Source: Rhodospirillaceae bacterium
GTDB lineage: Bacteria; Pseudomonadota; Alphaproteobacteria; Rhodospirillales; CALINB01
Length of the DNA stretch: 64,000 bases
NCBI GenBank assembly: GCA_038114465.1
Contig: JAYNQW010000007.1
Span: forward strand, 323 to 64,322
Direction: 5' to 3'
Part shown: positions 38,582 through 51,103 of the stretch, piece after piece
Position numbering within the stretch: position 1 is the first letter of the stretch
Layout: each line of letters starts with the position of its first letter
The notes under the pieces: model-generated
Database searches by the model: none
What the model was told of the DNA's origin: nothing
What the model saw: only the letters and a program-made list of their open reading frames with translations
Program-made: the position numbers and the translations under genes

Positions 38582-38770
38582 GGCCCATTATCGGCCCAAT
38601 TTTCATATATAGCGGCCGCGCTTAATCGCGCAAAAACATTGAAAGGTAAGGCCTTTTTCGGCTAACAAGCGGGCACATTTCCGGGACCCGCGCAAATAGG
38701 TTCCCGACTCACACCCTTGAGGGCGACACCGAGCAGCCTGGGAAGGGCCAAAGACCCTAGGAGTTACTCT

Positions 38771-39430
38771 GTGGCTGAAAACACTGACGATCATTTATTC
38801 GATGAAATCGAAGAGGACCTCCGCGCCGAGCGGTATGCCAAGCTATGGAAACGCTACGGCAAGCTGGTCATTACCGGTATCGTCTTATTAGTTGCCAGCG
38901 TGGCCGGTTATCAAGGTTGGCAGGCCTATGACCGGCAGCAGCGGGCCGAACAAAGCGAGCGTTTTGCCGCAGCGGCGAAGCTTTTATCTGAAAAGAAACC
39001 GCAAGAAGCACAAAAAGTGTTCTCGGCTCTGTCCGCAGAGGGGCGTTCGGGTTACCGGCTCCTCGCCTCGTTACGGCAAGCCTCGATCCTCAGTGAAAAA
39101 GGCGACCATGCCGGTGCTCAAAAAATTTATGACGCTATTGCCGCGGATAGCGGATTTGATCAAATTTATCGCGATTTTGCGACTCTTCTTGCCGTACTGT
39201 CGAAATTAGATACCGGCGATCCAGCGGCTTTAATCCAAAAACTGAAGCCATTAACGGAAGACGACAACACATGGCGGTTCAGTGCCAAAGAAGCCTCCGC
39301 GTTGCTGAGCTTAAGGGCCGGTAAACAAAAAGAAGCTTATGATAAGCTTGTAGCCCTCGCGAATGACGCCACAACACCTCAAGGCATTCGCGCACGCGCC
39401 TTGGAACTATCCGCTGCCATCAAACCCTAA
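38771..39430 (+). CDS. YfgM-like TPR membrane-anchored protein
   Basis: GTG start after the RBS aggag, a single TM helix (LVITGIVLLVASVAGY) and a TPR-like C-terminal part. Sits upstream of bamB-der, as yfgM does in other proteobacteria. Confidence 0.6.
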   Translation: MAENTDDHLFDEIEEDLRAERYAKLWKRYGKLVITGIVLLVASVAGYQGWQAYDRQQRAEQSERFAAAAKLLSEKKPQEAQKVFSALSAEGRSGYRLLASLRQASILSEKGDHAGAQKIYDAIAADSGFDQIYRDFATLLAVLSKLDTGDPAALIQKLKPLTEDDNTWRFSAKEASALLSLRAGKQKEAYDKLVALANDATTPQGIRARALELSAAIKP

Positions 39431-39447
39431 TCAGGCAGCAAATATAA

Positions 39448-40815
39448 ATGAACGGTCGTATGTATTTAAAAATTAACCATCTGCTTAAACGGGTCCGATT
39501 TTGTCTCATTGCCGGCATCGCTGTTTTTGCATTAACAGGCTGCGAAACAATCGATAGTTGGTTTTCCACACCGAAGCCGCCGCTTCCCGGCAAGCGAATT
39601 TCCGTTATGGTGGGACAACGCTCCATCCAGCCTGACGCCCGGCTTAAAGACAAACAAATACTCTTACCGCCGCCGACACCGAATGCCGATTGGCCGCAAG
39701 CCGGCGGTTACGCCAATCATGCGATGCATCATGTCCAAGCCGGCGACTCTCTGAAGCCGATATGGAAAGAGGATATCGGAGACGGATCCGGCAGCGAAGT
39801 CCGTCTCATTGCCTCGCCTGTCGTTGCAAAAGGCGTTGTTTACACAATTGATGCCGATTCCGAAGTCAGAGCCTATACGGTTAAATCAGGCCGGCGAATT
39901 TGGTCAAACGACGTTACACCGAGGAAAGATAACGACGGGCATATGCCAGGCGGCATTGCTTATGATAACGGCCGGGTATTCGTCGCCACCGGGTTTGCCG
40001 AACTCATCGCCTTGGATGCCGCAAGCGGTAAAGTGATATGGCGCCGCAATCTCGGCGGCCCCATGCGCGCAGCGCCGACAGTCAGAGGCGGGCGTGTGTT
40101 TGTCATTACCCTCGACAACAAGCTTCACGCATTGAGCGCCAATAGCGGGAAATCTTTATGGAAGTTTACCGGCGTCGGCGAAGTATCAAGCCTTTTAGGC
40201 AGCGCAAGCCCTGCTGTTGATGCCGGTATCGTCGTCGCACCGTTTTCTTCCGGCGAACTCGTTGCCTTGCGTGTTAATGATGGCCAGCTGATTTGGTCGG
40301 ATTCGCTTTCCAATGTGCGTAAAAGCTCGACCAGCATTTCGACGTTATCACATATTCGCGGCCGCCCGGTAATCGACCGGGGCCGTGTATTTGCCGTTAG
40401 TCATGGCGGCGCTATCGCAGCATTCGATCTCAGATCGGGCCGCCGTATTTGGGATAAAACAATCGGCAGCCATGAAAGCCCCTGGGTCGTCGGCGACTAT
40501 ATATTTATGCTCACGAATAATTCCGAACTTGTGGCCCTATCGCGCGATAACGGTCAGGTCTATTGGGTCTTAGCATTACCCCGCCACGTCGATAATGATA
40601 TCAAAAAACCGGCGATAATTTGGACCGGCCCGCTATTGGTGAGCGATCGGTTAATCGTCGCCGGTTCACACGGCCGGGCCATTGCGGTGTCGCCCTATTC
40701 CGGCAAGGTTCTTGGTATTGAACGCATGCCTGATGGGGTCACGGTTTCACCTGTCGTTGCGGATCGTGTGATTTACTTTTTAACCGATGATGCTGACTTG
40801 ATTGCATACCGGTAA
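39448..40815 (+). CDS. bamB: Outer membrane protein assembly factor BamB (PQQ-like beta-propeller lipoprotein)
   Basis: Lipobox FALTGC, repeated beta-propeller blades (G.V.W...) and bamB-der synteny. Confidence 0.8.
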   Translation: MNGRMYLKINHLLKRVRFCLIAGIAVFALTGCETIDSWFSTPKPPLPGKRISVMVGQRSIQPDARLKDKQILLPPPTPNADWPQAGGYANHAMHHVQAGDSLKPIWKEDIGDGSGSEVRLIASPVVAKGVVYTIDADSEVRAYTVKSGRRIWSNDVTPRKDNDGHMPGGIAYDNGRVFVATGFAELIALDAASGKVIWRRNLGGPMRAAPTVRGGRVFVITLDNKLHALSANSGKSLWKFTGVGEVSSLLGSASPAVDAGIVVAPFSSGELVALRVNDGQLIWSDSLSNVRKSSTSISTLSHIRGRPVIDRGRVFAVSHGGAIAAFDLRSGRRIWDKTIGSHESPWVVGDYIFMLTNNSELVALSRDNGQVYWVLALPRHVDNDIKKPAIIWTGPLLVSDRLIVAGSHGRAIAVSPYSGKVLGIERMPDGVTVSPVVADRVIYFLTDDADLIAYR

Positions 40816-40860
40816 AGCGTTTTCCAATAATTATGCCAAGACGACATTGGATTTATCAAA

Positions 40861-42207
40861 ATGAGCTTAACTGTAGCCATTGTCGGCCGGCCCAATGTCG
40901 GCAAATCCACGTTTTTTAACCGCTTGGTCGGAAAACGCCTGGCCATCGTGCATGATTTGCCCGGTGTCACACGTGACCGTCGTGAAGGCGTGGCAAAAAT
41001 CGGCGATTTAGAATTCAATGTCATTGATACTGCCGGGCTTGAAGAAGCCGAAGCTGATAGCTTACCCCAACGGATGCGTGAACAAACCGAACAAGCGTTA
41101 AAATCCGCCGATGTTGCATGCTTGTTGGTTGATGCTCGTGAAGGCATCACGCCAATGGATCAACATTTTGCTGAATGGCTACGCAAACAAAAAATTCCAA
41201 TATTGTTGATCGCGAATAAATGCGAAAGCAAACAAGGCACCGACGGCTTGTATGAATGTTATGCCCTTGGATTGGGCGATCCGATTCCGGTTTCAGCCGA
41301 ACACGGCGATGGCATGAACCTGATTTATGATGCGTTAGCCCCCTTCGCGGAAGAAGCCGCGGATAAACTCGGTGAAAATATTAAAGAACAAGACAATCCG
41401 CCTTTGCATCTTGCGATCGTCGGCCGGCCTAATGTCGGCAAATCAACTCTTATTAATAAGCTGCTCGGCGAGGACCGATTATTAACCGGGCCCGAAGCCG
41501 GCATAACCCGCGATGCCGTTACGGTGTCTTGGAACTACAAAGGCCAGCCGATCGCCCTCATCGACACGGCCGGGCTACGCCGCAAAGCGCGAATCAAGGA
41601 AAAGCTCGAATACCTGTCCGTCGGCGACACCCTGCGTACCATCCGGTTTGCTCATGTGGTTGTCCTGGTTCTTGATTCCGAAGTCATGCTGGAAAAACAG
41701 GATCTGACAATTGCCCGAACCGTCATCGAGGAAGGCCGCGCCTTGGTGATCGCCATGAATAAGTGGGATCTGATCAAAGACCGCAAAGCCGCCAAACAAA
41801 AATTACAGGACAGACTGGAAAAGTCCTTACCCCAGGTTCGTGGGATTCCCATTGTTCCCTGCTCCGCCTTAACCGGAAAAGGGCTCGATAAACTGCTGCC
41901 CGCAGTACTTAAAATTTACGGTACTTGGAACCGCCACGTACCGACCGCGCCCCTTAACCGCTGGCTTGAAACCATGATCGAGCGGCACCCCCCGCCCCTC
42001 TCGCAAGGACGCCGTGTACGGCTTCGCTACATCACGCAGGCCAAAACCCGCCCGCCGACGTTTGCGATCTTTACATCAAGGCCGGCAGGCATACCGGACT
42101 CTTACAACCGTTACCTCATCAATTCTTTGCGCGATAATTTCAATTTGTCCGGCGTGCCGATCCGGCTGAACCTTCGCAAGACCGATAACCCATACGTCGA
42201 TTCATGA
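40861..42207 (+). CDS. der: Ribosome biogenesis GTPase Der (EngA)
   Basis: Two GTPase domains, each with a [10 protein letters not shown]-loop and DTAG, plus a KH-like C-terminus. Confidence 0.95.
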   Translation: MSLTVAIVGRPNVGKSTFFNRLVGKRLAIVHDLPGVTRDRREGVAKIGDLEFNVIDTAGLEEAEADSLPQRMREQTEQALKSADVACLLVDAREGITPMDQHFAEWLRKQKIPILLIANKCESKQGTDGLYECYALGLGDPIPVSAEHGDGMNLIYDALAPFAEEAADKLGENIKEQDNPPLHLAIVGRPNVGKSTLINKLLGEDRLLTGPEAGITRDAVTVSWNYKGQPIALIDTAGLRRKARIKEKLEYLSVGDTLRTIRFAHVVVLVLDSEVMLEKQDLTIARTVIEEGRALVIAMNKWDLIKDRKAAKQKLQDRLEKSLPQVRGIPIVPCSALTGKGLDKLLPAVLKIYGTWNRHVPTAPLNRWLETMIERHPPPLSQGRRVRLRYITQAKTRPPTFAIFTSRPAGIPDSYNRYLINSLRDNFNLSGVPIRLNLRKTDNPYVDS

Positions 42208-43718
42208 TATCCCGTTTAGCCGATTTCTTATGCTCCCGCCACGGCTGCCTCATGTTCATCGGCGGATACTTTCTTATACTATTTACCTTGCGCATAACCC
42301 TGTTTCCCGGCGCGTCGGAAGACGATGCCGAGCAGCTCTTTTTTTCTCAAATCTTTGCCTGGGGTTACAAGGTCAACCAGCCGACGCTTTATACGTGGCT
42401 TGTCATTTTAGCGCAGAAAATTTTCGGCGTGAGCGCGGCTTCCGTTGCGGCTGTTAAATTTTCCGCATTATTCGCCCTGTTTTATTTTACACGCCAAAGC
42501 GCACACGTTGTTTTTAACGACAACAGATATGCCGCCCTTGCCGCCTTGTCCTTGTTGGCAATTTTTTACATCAATTGGGACGGCGTGGTGAATTACAGCC
42601 ACACGATCTTAATGGCGGCTTTCTTAATGGCAACGCTATATGTGTTTTTAAAAATCAAACCAGAGCAAAGTATTTTGGCGTATATCGGACTCGGCGTTCT
42701 GATGGGCCTGGGTCTGTTATCAAAATACAACTTTGCTTTATTTCTGATTCCTCTATTCGCCGCCGCCGTTTTTACGCCCTCATTCAGACATAAAATTTTA
42801 ACGCCGAAATTTTTAATCAGCATTTTAATCGCAGCCGCTTTGCTTGCACCGCACCTGCAATGGCTGCTGGCCAACCCCGCCAGTATCAGCACGACACCGG
42901 AATATATGGATGTTGCCGGCGGCACCGGCTCGGCTGTTGTACGGGCCGGCAAGGGTTTATTGGATGCCGTTTCGGGCGCCGCCCTATTTCTCGCGCCTTT
43001 ATGGCTGCTGTATCTGCTGTTTTTTTGGCGCAGTTTTACACCTTTAAAAAATATTGAACCGGAGGACCAAGAAACAAAGCGGTTTTTTGAAATTTATTTT
43101 GCCGCATTTGCATTCATCGTCGTGATTGGGATTATCATCTTTTCATTATCCGGTATCCGCAATCATTGGATGATGGTTCTCATCCCCTTTCCCGTTTACT
43201 TCTTATTGCGCGTTCGGGCGATTTCGCCCCAAACCGCCACCCTTGACCGGTTTGCCGTCCTGTTGGCCGCCTTCGCCGTTATCGTGGCGATTGCCCTGTT
43301 CAGCCGCGCCATGACGGCGCCGAATTACTGCAAGAAATGTAATTTCTTTTTTCCTTATGCCGCCCTTGCCGAACAAATCAAAGGTGCCGGGTTTCAAGGC
43401 GGCACAATCATTACCTATGACCTGCCCAACCAACTGGGCGGCAATCTCCGGCGATATTTCCCCGACTCGAGAGTGATCAGCCGACGGTATTCCTACTTTG
43501 TGCCCGCCGAACGCACCAAGGGACAATGCTTACTGGTTTGGAACGAGAGCAAATGGGCCCACGGTAGTGGACGCTCACGCGTCATCAATATTGCGAAAGA
43601 GTTATTAGGCGTATCGGTCCCTGCCGGCACAGCGTCCAAATCCGCAGCGGCCCCCCTGCCCCGCGCTAAAAATAAATCAGCGAAGCTCGGCTTTTTGATA
43701 TTACCGCGCTGCGAATAA
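42204..43718 (+). CDS. Glycosyltransferase family 39 (ArnT/PMT-like) membrane protein
   Basis: More than 10 TM helices, an early DDAEQ loop motif typical of GT-C enzymes, and a soluble C-terminal domain. The start overlaps the der stop (ATGA). Confidence 0.7.
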   Translation: MISRLADFLCSRHGCLMFIGGYFLILFTLRITLFPGASEDDAEQLFFSQIFAWGYKVNQPTLYTWLVILAQKIFGVSAASVAAVKFSALFALFYFTRQSAHVVFNDNRYAALAALSLLAIFYINWDGVVNYSHTILMAAFLMATLYVFLKIKPEQSILAYIGLGVLMGLGLLSKYNFALFLIPLFAAAVFTPSFRHKILTPKFLISILIAAALLAPHLQWLLANPASISTTPEYMDVAGGTGSAVVRAGKGLLDAVSGAALFLAPLWLLYLLFFWRSFTPLKNIEPEDQETKRFFEIYFAAFAFIVVIGIIIFSLSGIRNHWMMVLIPFPVYFLLRVRAISPQTATLDRFAVLLAAFAVIVAIALFSRAMTAPNYCKKCNFFFPYAALAEQIKGAGFQGGTIITYDLPNQLGGNLRRYFPDSRVISRRYSYFVPAERTKGQCLLVWNESKWAHGSGRSRVINIAKELLGVSVPAGTASKSAAAPLPRAKNKSAKLGFLILPRCE

Positions 43719-43743
43719 CCGAAATCCGGCTTCGACAAGCGTC

Positions 43744-45321
43744 TTAAAAATTCAACGCCTTGACTTGAACCACATGTGGCAAACCGCATACGGCCTTGAT
43801 CAAACCATCATCGGCAGGCTGGTCGATTTCAACGAGCGCGATGGCATCGCCGCCCTCTTCATCACGGCCAAGATTAAATGTTGCAATATTGATCGAGGCA
43901 TCGCCCAAAATCGTTCCCAAAGCGCCGATAAAGCCCGGTTTATCCTGGTTGGTGATGTACAACATGTTCGGCCCTAATCGTGCATCGATCTGAATGCCCT
44001 TGATCGACACCAGGCGCGGGATGGAACCATCAAATAATGTGCCCGATAAGCTGCGAGTTTGATTTTCCGTTGTGACCGTCAAACGGATCAGCGTTTGATA
44101 ACTGTCACACTCTGGGCAATGGGATTCGGACACGCTAATATCACGCTCCTTAGCAAGCTCAGGCGCACTCACCAGATTGACCGACTCGAGTGTCGGCGCC
44201 AGCAACCCCTGTAGGATAGCTGCCGTCAACGGTTTTGTATTTAACTCGGCTACCTGGCCTTCGTACTCAATTTTAATATCATTAATCGCCGATTCCGTGA
44301 CCTGGCCGGCAAAGCTGCCGATTTGCTCGGCGAGCTTCAGGTACGGGTTTAATTTCGGCGCATCCTCAGCACTGATCGACGGCATGTTGATCGCATTGGT
44401 GACGGAACCCGTTAACAGGAAATCCGCCATCTGTTCGGCGATTTGTACGGCGACCTTTTCTTGCGCTTCCGTCGTCGATGCCCCCAGATGCGGCGTTAAG
44501 ACGACTTGCTCCATGCCGAACAAAACACTGTCTTTTGCGGGCTCTTCAGACAGAACGTCCAAGCCGGCGCCGCCGACATGGCCGCTTTCGATAGCAGCCT
44601 TCAAATCTTCCTCGACCAATAACTCACCGCGGGCGCAGTTGATAATCCGCACGCCCTTCTTCATTTTCGCGATCGATTCGGCGTTGATGATATTTCGGGT
44701 CGCATCGGTCAGCGGTGTATGCAGGCTGATAAAATCGGCACGGGTGAATAAATCGTCCAGTTCGACTTTTTCGACACCCAAATCCTTTGCCCGCTCCGGC
44801 GAGAGATACGGATCGTATGCCGCAACTTTCATGCCTAGGCCAAGGGCTTTATCGGCAACAATTGAACCGATATTCCCGCAACCGATAATGCCCAGCGTTT
44901 TGCCGGTCACCTCGACGCCCATAAACCGGTTCTTTTCCCATTTTCCCGCGTGTGTCGAAGCGTTCGCTTCGGGAAGATCCCGGGCCAGGGCAAACATCAT
45001 GGCGATGGCATGCTCTGCCGTGGTGATCGAGTTGCCGAACGGGGCGTTCATGACAATGATCCCCCGCTGAGTTGCCGCCTTAATGTCGATGTTATCGACG
45101 CCAATGCCCGCACGGCCGATAACCTTTAAGTTGTCGGCTGCTTCGATAATATCGGCTTTAACCTTCGTCCGGGACCGGACGACAAGCCCGTCGTATTCGC
45201 CGATCTTTGCCTTAAGGTCGTCCATCGGGATATCAAATAAGGCATCGACATCAATGCCGCGTTCCTTAAATACCTTTTCGGCCAGAGGGCTCATTTTGTC
45301 GGAAATGATTACCTTTACCAT
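43744..45321 (-). CDS. serA: D-3-phosphoglycerate dehydrogenase (long form with ASB and ACT domains)
   Basis: NAD motif GIIGCGNIGS, catalytic-region motifs (NCARG, TPHLGAST) and a C-terminal ACT domain. 525 aa. Confidence 0.95.
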   Translation of the reverse strand: MVKVIISDKMSPLAEKVFKERGIDVDALFDIPMDDLKAKIGEYDGLVVRSRTKVKADIIEAADNLKVIGRAGIGVDNIDIKAATQRGIIVMNAPFGNSITTAEHAIAMMFALARDLPEANASTHAGKWEKNRFMGVEVTGKTLGIIGCGNIGSIVADKALGLGMKVAAYDPYLSPERAKDLGVEKVELDDLFTRADFISLHTPLTDATRNIINAESIAKMKKGVRIINCARGELLVEEDLKAAIESGHVGGAGLDVLSEEPAKDSVLFGMEQVVLTPHLGASTTEAQEKVAVQIAEQMADFLLTGSVTNAINMPSISAEDAPKLNPYLKLAEQIGSFAGQVTESAINDIKIEYEGQVAELNTKPLTAAILQGLLAPTLESVNLVSAPELAKERDISVSESHCPECDSYQTLIRLTVTTENQTRSLSGTLFDGSIPRLVSIKGIQIDARLGPNMLYITNQDKPGFIGALGTILGDASINIATFNLGRDEEGGDAIALVEIDQPADDGLIKAVCGLPHVVQVKALNF

Positions 45322-45328
45322 CGTATAA

Positions 45329-46492
45329 TTATCCTTCTGCTTTTACGGTTGCGTAGGCCCAATCAAGCCATGGGCACAACGCTTCCAAGTCATCTTTTTC
45401 AACGGTCGCACCGGCCCAGATACGCAATCCCGGCGGGGCGTCTCTGTATGCTCCGATATCGAACGCGACTCCTTCTTTATCGAGCGCTGCAGCCACGCGT
45501 TTACTGACCGCCGCCTGATCATCATCGGATAAATCTTGGAACCAGGGATCGACAATTTTAAGACACACCGACGTCGTCGAACGCTGTTCGGCAACGTCAG
45601 CGAGGTTGCCGACCCAATCGGACTGATCAATCCAGTCATAAAGCACGGCAGCATTTTCCTCCGACCGCTTTATCAAACCTTTTAAACCTCCGACGGATTG
45701 AGCCCAGCTTAACCCGTCAAGAGCGTCTTCGACTGCCAGCATTGACGGCGTATTGATCGTTTCACCTCTGAAAATACCGGCAATCAATTTTCCCGCTTTG
45801 GTTAGCCGGAACACTTTCGGCACCGGCCAGGGCGGCGTGAACGATTCAAGTCGTGCTACCGCGCGCGGGCTTAAAGCCAGCATGCCATGCTGCGCCTCAC
45901 CGCCGAGCACCTTCTGCCAGGAATACGTCACCACATCGAGCTTGTCCCACGGCAGATCCATGGCGAAGGCCGCCGAAGTCGCATCACAAATCGTGAGCCC
46001 TTCACGGTCCGCCGGTATCCAATCGCCGTTCGGCACACGCACACCCGAGGTCGTGCCGTTCCAGGTAAAGACGACATCGCGGTTGCAATCGACGTCCGTC
46101 AGGTTCGGCAATTGTCCGTATTCGGCTTTAAAAAGCCGTATATCATCGATTTTCAGGTCTTTGGAAATGTCTCCGGCCCAACCGGCACCGAAGCTTTCCC
46201 AGGCCAAGACGTCGACGCCGCGCTCACCCAATAGTGACCACAAGGCCATCTCGACCGCACCCGTATCGGACGCCGGCACAATGCCGAGCAGATAATCATC
46301 GGGCATACCCAGCATCGACTTCGATTGTTCGATGACGGAAGCCAGTTTTGCCTTAGCCGGTCCCGAACGATGGGAGCGCGCCAGACAAGCATCCTCAAGC
46401 GCCGCCAGGGACCATCCCGGGCGTTTGGCACAAGGACCTGAAGAAAAACAAGGATTTGCCGGACACCGGTCCGGCCTGGAAATGGTATTCAT
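45329..46492 (-). CDS. serC: Phosphoserine aminotransferase (alphaproteobacterial-type SerC)
   Basis: The [16 protein letters not shown]-terminus and the [13 protein letters not shown]-lysine region are typical of this SerC class. Directly upstream of serA. Confidence 0.9.
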   Translation of the reverse strand: MNTISRPDRCPANPCFSSGPCAKRPGWSLAALEDACLARSHRSGPAKAKLASVIEQSKSMLGMPDDYLLGIVPASDTGAVEMALWSLLGERGVDVLAWESFGAGWAGDISKDLKIDDIRLFKAEYGQLPNLTDVDCNRDVVFTWNGTTSGVRVPNGDWIPADREGLTICDATSAAFAMDLPWDKLDVVTYSWQKVLGGEAQHGMLALSPRAVARLESFTPPWPVPKVFRLTKAGKLIAGIFRGETINTPSMLAVEDALDGLSWAQSVGGLKGLIKRSEENAAVLYDWIDQSDWVGNLADVAEQRSTTSVCLKIVDPWFQDLSDDDQAAVSKRVAAALDKEGVAFDIGAYRDAPPGLRIWAGATVEKDDLEALCPWLDWAYATVKAEG

Positions 46493-46600
46493 TTTGATCT
46501 CCCTTCCTTCCAGAAGGGTCGCGACCCGTTGGGGGATCGTGGCCCGCTGCCCTTATAGGGGGCAGCACCGGCCCTGTCCATAACCATTTTGGCTTTTTGT
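46493..46600 (-). promoter_or_regulatory. Candidate serC leader (structured 5' UTR)
   Basis: Hairpins on the minus-strand transcript sit directly upstream of the serC start (gctgccc/gggcagc, the gggtcgcgaccc palindrome, and ccttc/gaagg next to the RBS). A serC leader motif is described for alphaproteobacteria, but I could not run a covariance model. Confidence 0.3.
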
Positions 46601-46738
46601 GAGAAGATTGCGTTCAGGCGCATTTCTCAACGATTTCTTCCGCCACGCTTAGAACTGAGCCGTGTGTGACATTGACTGCTTAAAAATTGCACATATTTAA
46701 CTCGAGAGTGCATTTACACAGCAGGAATTCTCGCTCCG

Positions 46739-47659
46739 ATGAGAGACCCTTACGAGGTACTTGGCGTCGACCGCAAGGCAAGTGAAAAGGAAATTCGCGA
46801 TGCGTAACGGCGTCTCGCTAAAGAAAATCACCCTGATCTACACCCCGGTGACAAGTCAGCCGAGGAACGGTTCAAGGAAATTTCGTTCGCCTATGACTTA
46901 TTAAAGGACCCGGAAAAACGCCTTCGCTACGACCAAGGTGAGATTGATGCCAGCGGGCAAGAAAACCCGGAACGATCTTTCTATCGTGCTTACGCCGATA
47001 CAGGCGATGGAGCCAAATATGCCCGTTATGAGGACTTCGCCGATTTCATGGATAAAGGCGATGTTTTTGCCGATCTTTTCCGGCATGCCGGCGAAGGACA
47101 GCGATCTCATATCAAAATGCAAGGCGCTAACACTTCGTACACATTGCAAATCGAATTATTGGATGCAGCAAACGGCGCTAAAAAACGTATTACCATGCCC
47201 GACGGAAACGTTCTCGACGTCACGATTCCAGAGGGCGTGCGCGACAGGCAGACAATACGCTTGAAAGGGAAAGGACAACCCGGTTACGGCGGCGGATCAC
47301 CGGGTGATGCCTATATTGAAATTCATATCAAGCCCCACGGTTTTTACCGCAGAAAGGACAACAATATTCACATCACCCTCCCCATTACACTCAGTGAAGC
47401 TGTATTGGGCGGCAAGATTGATGTCCCGACAATTAAAGGAAAGGTATCGATGACGGTCCCGAAGGGATCGAATACGGGCACAACGCTCCGCCTGAAAGGC
47501 CGAGGCATTTTAGATGCAAAAACAAAACAATCGGGCGATCAATACGTTGAACTGCAGGTCGTTCTGCCCGAAGAGGCCGACCAAACATTAGAAGACTTCG
47601 TCTCAAAATGGGCTCCTGCGAATTCCTACAATCCACGTGAAAAGCTGAAAGCCTTATGA
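46739..47659 (+). pseudogene. cbpA: CbpA/DnaJ-like J-domain co-chaperone interrupted by an in-frame TAA at codon 23
   Basis: The frame reads [37 protein letters not shown].... The TAA at 46805-46807 replaces the conserved Tyr of the J-domain helix II (A-Y-R-x-L-A). The rest of the 306-codon frame is open through to the DnaJ C-terminal domains. Confidence 0.8.
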
Positions 47660-48000
47660 TGTTAAGCTTCAATGAAGTCGTTAATGCTATTGAGTCATTG
47701 CACGCCCAAGACCTCAACACTTGGATTCGTGATGGTTGGGTCCTGCCTTCCGGCAATACAAAAAATTATCAATTTTCGGAAATTGATGTTGCCCGCATTC
47801 AATTAATTTCAGAATTATTTTACGAATGCGATTTTGATGCTGAGGCTATGCCCGTTGTTCTCAACCTACTTGATCAAATCTATGGTCTCCGGCGCCAACT
47901 CAATACCCTAACGCGCGCCATTGAAGTTCAGCCAACAGAAATTCGCATAAAAATCAGCCAAGCCCTTACCGAATCCGGCCGCCAATCACCGCAAACTTAA
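47656..48000 (+). CDS. cbpM: Chaperone modulatory protein CbpM (MerR-like fold)
   Basis: 114 aa. The start overlaps the cbpA stop (ATGA). The sequence pattern (LHAQDLNTWIRDGWVLP ... ARIQLISEL ... LLDQIYGLRRQL) is typical of CbpM. Confidence 0.7.
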   Translation: MMLSFNEVVNAIESLHAQDLNTWIRDGWVLPSGNTKNYQFSEIDVARIQLISELFYECDFDAEAMPVVLNLLDQIYGLRRQLNTLTRAIEVQPTEIRIKISQALTESGRQSPQT

Positions 48001-48076
48001 CTGTCACCATCAATTTGCTCCAGGCAATTGAAACAAACGCAATTGACGCACGCTCTAAAGAAACAACTAACGGTAT

Positions 48077-49752
<1,676 letters not shown>

Positions 49753-50053
49753 GGTCCCCTCCGTGCCCTGTGTTTGCCCGGTTGAATACCGGATATTAAT
49801 ACGCCCAAAAGTGCGTCACTTTCGGGTCAGTGCCCAAGCAATATGCACATTGGTGGCAAATGATGCAAGACAGGGTTTCGCACAATCCTGAAGAATGTTG
49901 TAAAATCAATTAGTTCGGAGGCCATAGGTTTATATTGCGTCGATTCGCTACCTCCTATAATTGTGCTTTTTATTAAAGTGCTGAAGATATGGGAAACTGG
50001 GGGATTATCAGTACATCGTTAAACACGTTGAAAAATATATGTCGCATCACTTT

Positions 50054-50075
50054 GCTGATACGAAGCTGATACGAA
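50054..50075. repeat. Perfect tandem duplication of an 11-mer (gctgatacgaa x2)
   Basis: Read directly from the sequence, in the AT-rich intergenic region about 40 nt upstream of the TAXI receptor start. Confidence 0.9.
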
Positions 50076-50113
50076 TTAAAAAAAACTTAACGATGAAACG
50101 GGATCGCAACTGA

Positions 50114-51103
50114 ATGCCAAATAGATTTGAACTCACCCTGAGGCTGAACCTGAACCGGTTTCAGCGAATTGGATTCGCGACCATCGGCGCCGCAGCAATT
50201 ACACTAGCGCTTGCGTCCCCCGAAAAAGCAACCGCCGCCGGCATGGATAAATTCATTGCGGTCGGCACCGGCTCCGTGAGCGGTGTTTTTTATCCCGTCG
50301 GCAAGGGCATTTGCAAACTCGTGAATTCCGGACGCCTGGTTCATCGTGTGCGGTGTTTGGCTTACGAAACCGGCGGCTCGGTTTACAACATCGAAGCCGT
50401 CCGCTCGCGTGAATTGGATGTCGGCATTACCCGTTCCGACCTCGCCGCCTTGACCTTTCAGGGAAAAACGATGCCGCCGAACGAACTAGGCCCGGCAACC
50501 GATTTACGCGCCATCGCCAATCTTTATGAAATGCCTGTCGGCATCATCGTCAAGGAAAAGGCAAAGATAAAATCGCTTAAGGATTTTACCGGCAAACGAT
50601 TTAATTTCGGCAACCGCGGGTCCGGCAAACGGACGATGGCCGAATTATTGTTTAAGTATAAAGGTTGGGGGCCGGCCGATTTTGCAAAACTGACTGAATT
50701 TTCAACAAAATAAATGGGCGAAGAGTTCTGCGCCGGCAAACTCGACATTCTCCTCGAAATACTGGGCCACCCCGCGGCTTTCTATAACAAAATGATCGAG
50801 CAGTGCGGCGGCGCCCTTTATAACTTTTCAAAAGAAGAAATAGACGGATTGACGAAAATTCTACCGTTTTCAGCCCCGCAAAAAATTAAAGGCGGTATGT
50901 ATTATGACACCCCGAACGATATCAATACATTCGGCTTTCAAGCCGTCATGATCGCATCCAGTAAAGTCCACCCGAAATCAATCCTTCATATGATGAATTC
51001 CGCATTTGGCAATTTAGACAAACTTCACAAAATTCATCCTGCCCTATCGACAACAAATCGCGGCAGCATGAAACAGGATCTTGTTACACCAAGGAGAAAC
51101 GTA
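50114..51103 (+). pseudogene. TAXI-family TRAP transporter solute-binding protein, disrupted (in-frame TAA at 50711-50713; no stop codon of its own)
   Basis: The N-terminal part carries the TAXI signature (GTGSVSGVFYPVGKGICKLVN). After ...TEFSTK, TAA, the same frame continues with MGEEFCAGKLDILLEILGHPAAFYNK..., which matches the middle and C-terminal part of TAXI receptors. The frame then runs without a stop into the next gene. Confidence 0.7.

Noticed and set aside
44177-45070. 297-aa ORF on the + strand, opposite serA. Similar long antisense ORFs occur at 58359-59243, 59419-59967, 60362-61027, 23548-24123, 30940-31638, 37414-38031 and 29368-29937.
   Set aside because: Each lies fully inside a confidently identified gene on the other strand. 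Their products are Arg/Ala/Pro/Ser-rich low-complexity sequences typical of shadow ORFs in GC-rich coding DNA, and none has a recognisable motif or RBS.
49830-49880. Sigma-54 (-24/-12) promoter for amtB-glnK.
   Set aside because: The best candidates (tgccaccaatgtgcat on the minus strand, tggcaaatgatgca on the plus strand) have the wrong GG to GC spacing or lack the GG dinucleotide. They do not meet the TGGCAC-N5-TTGC consensus.
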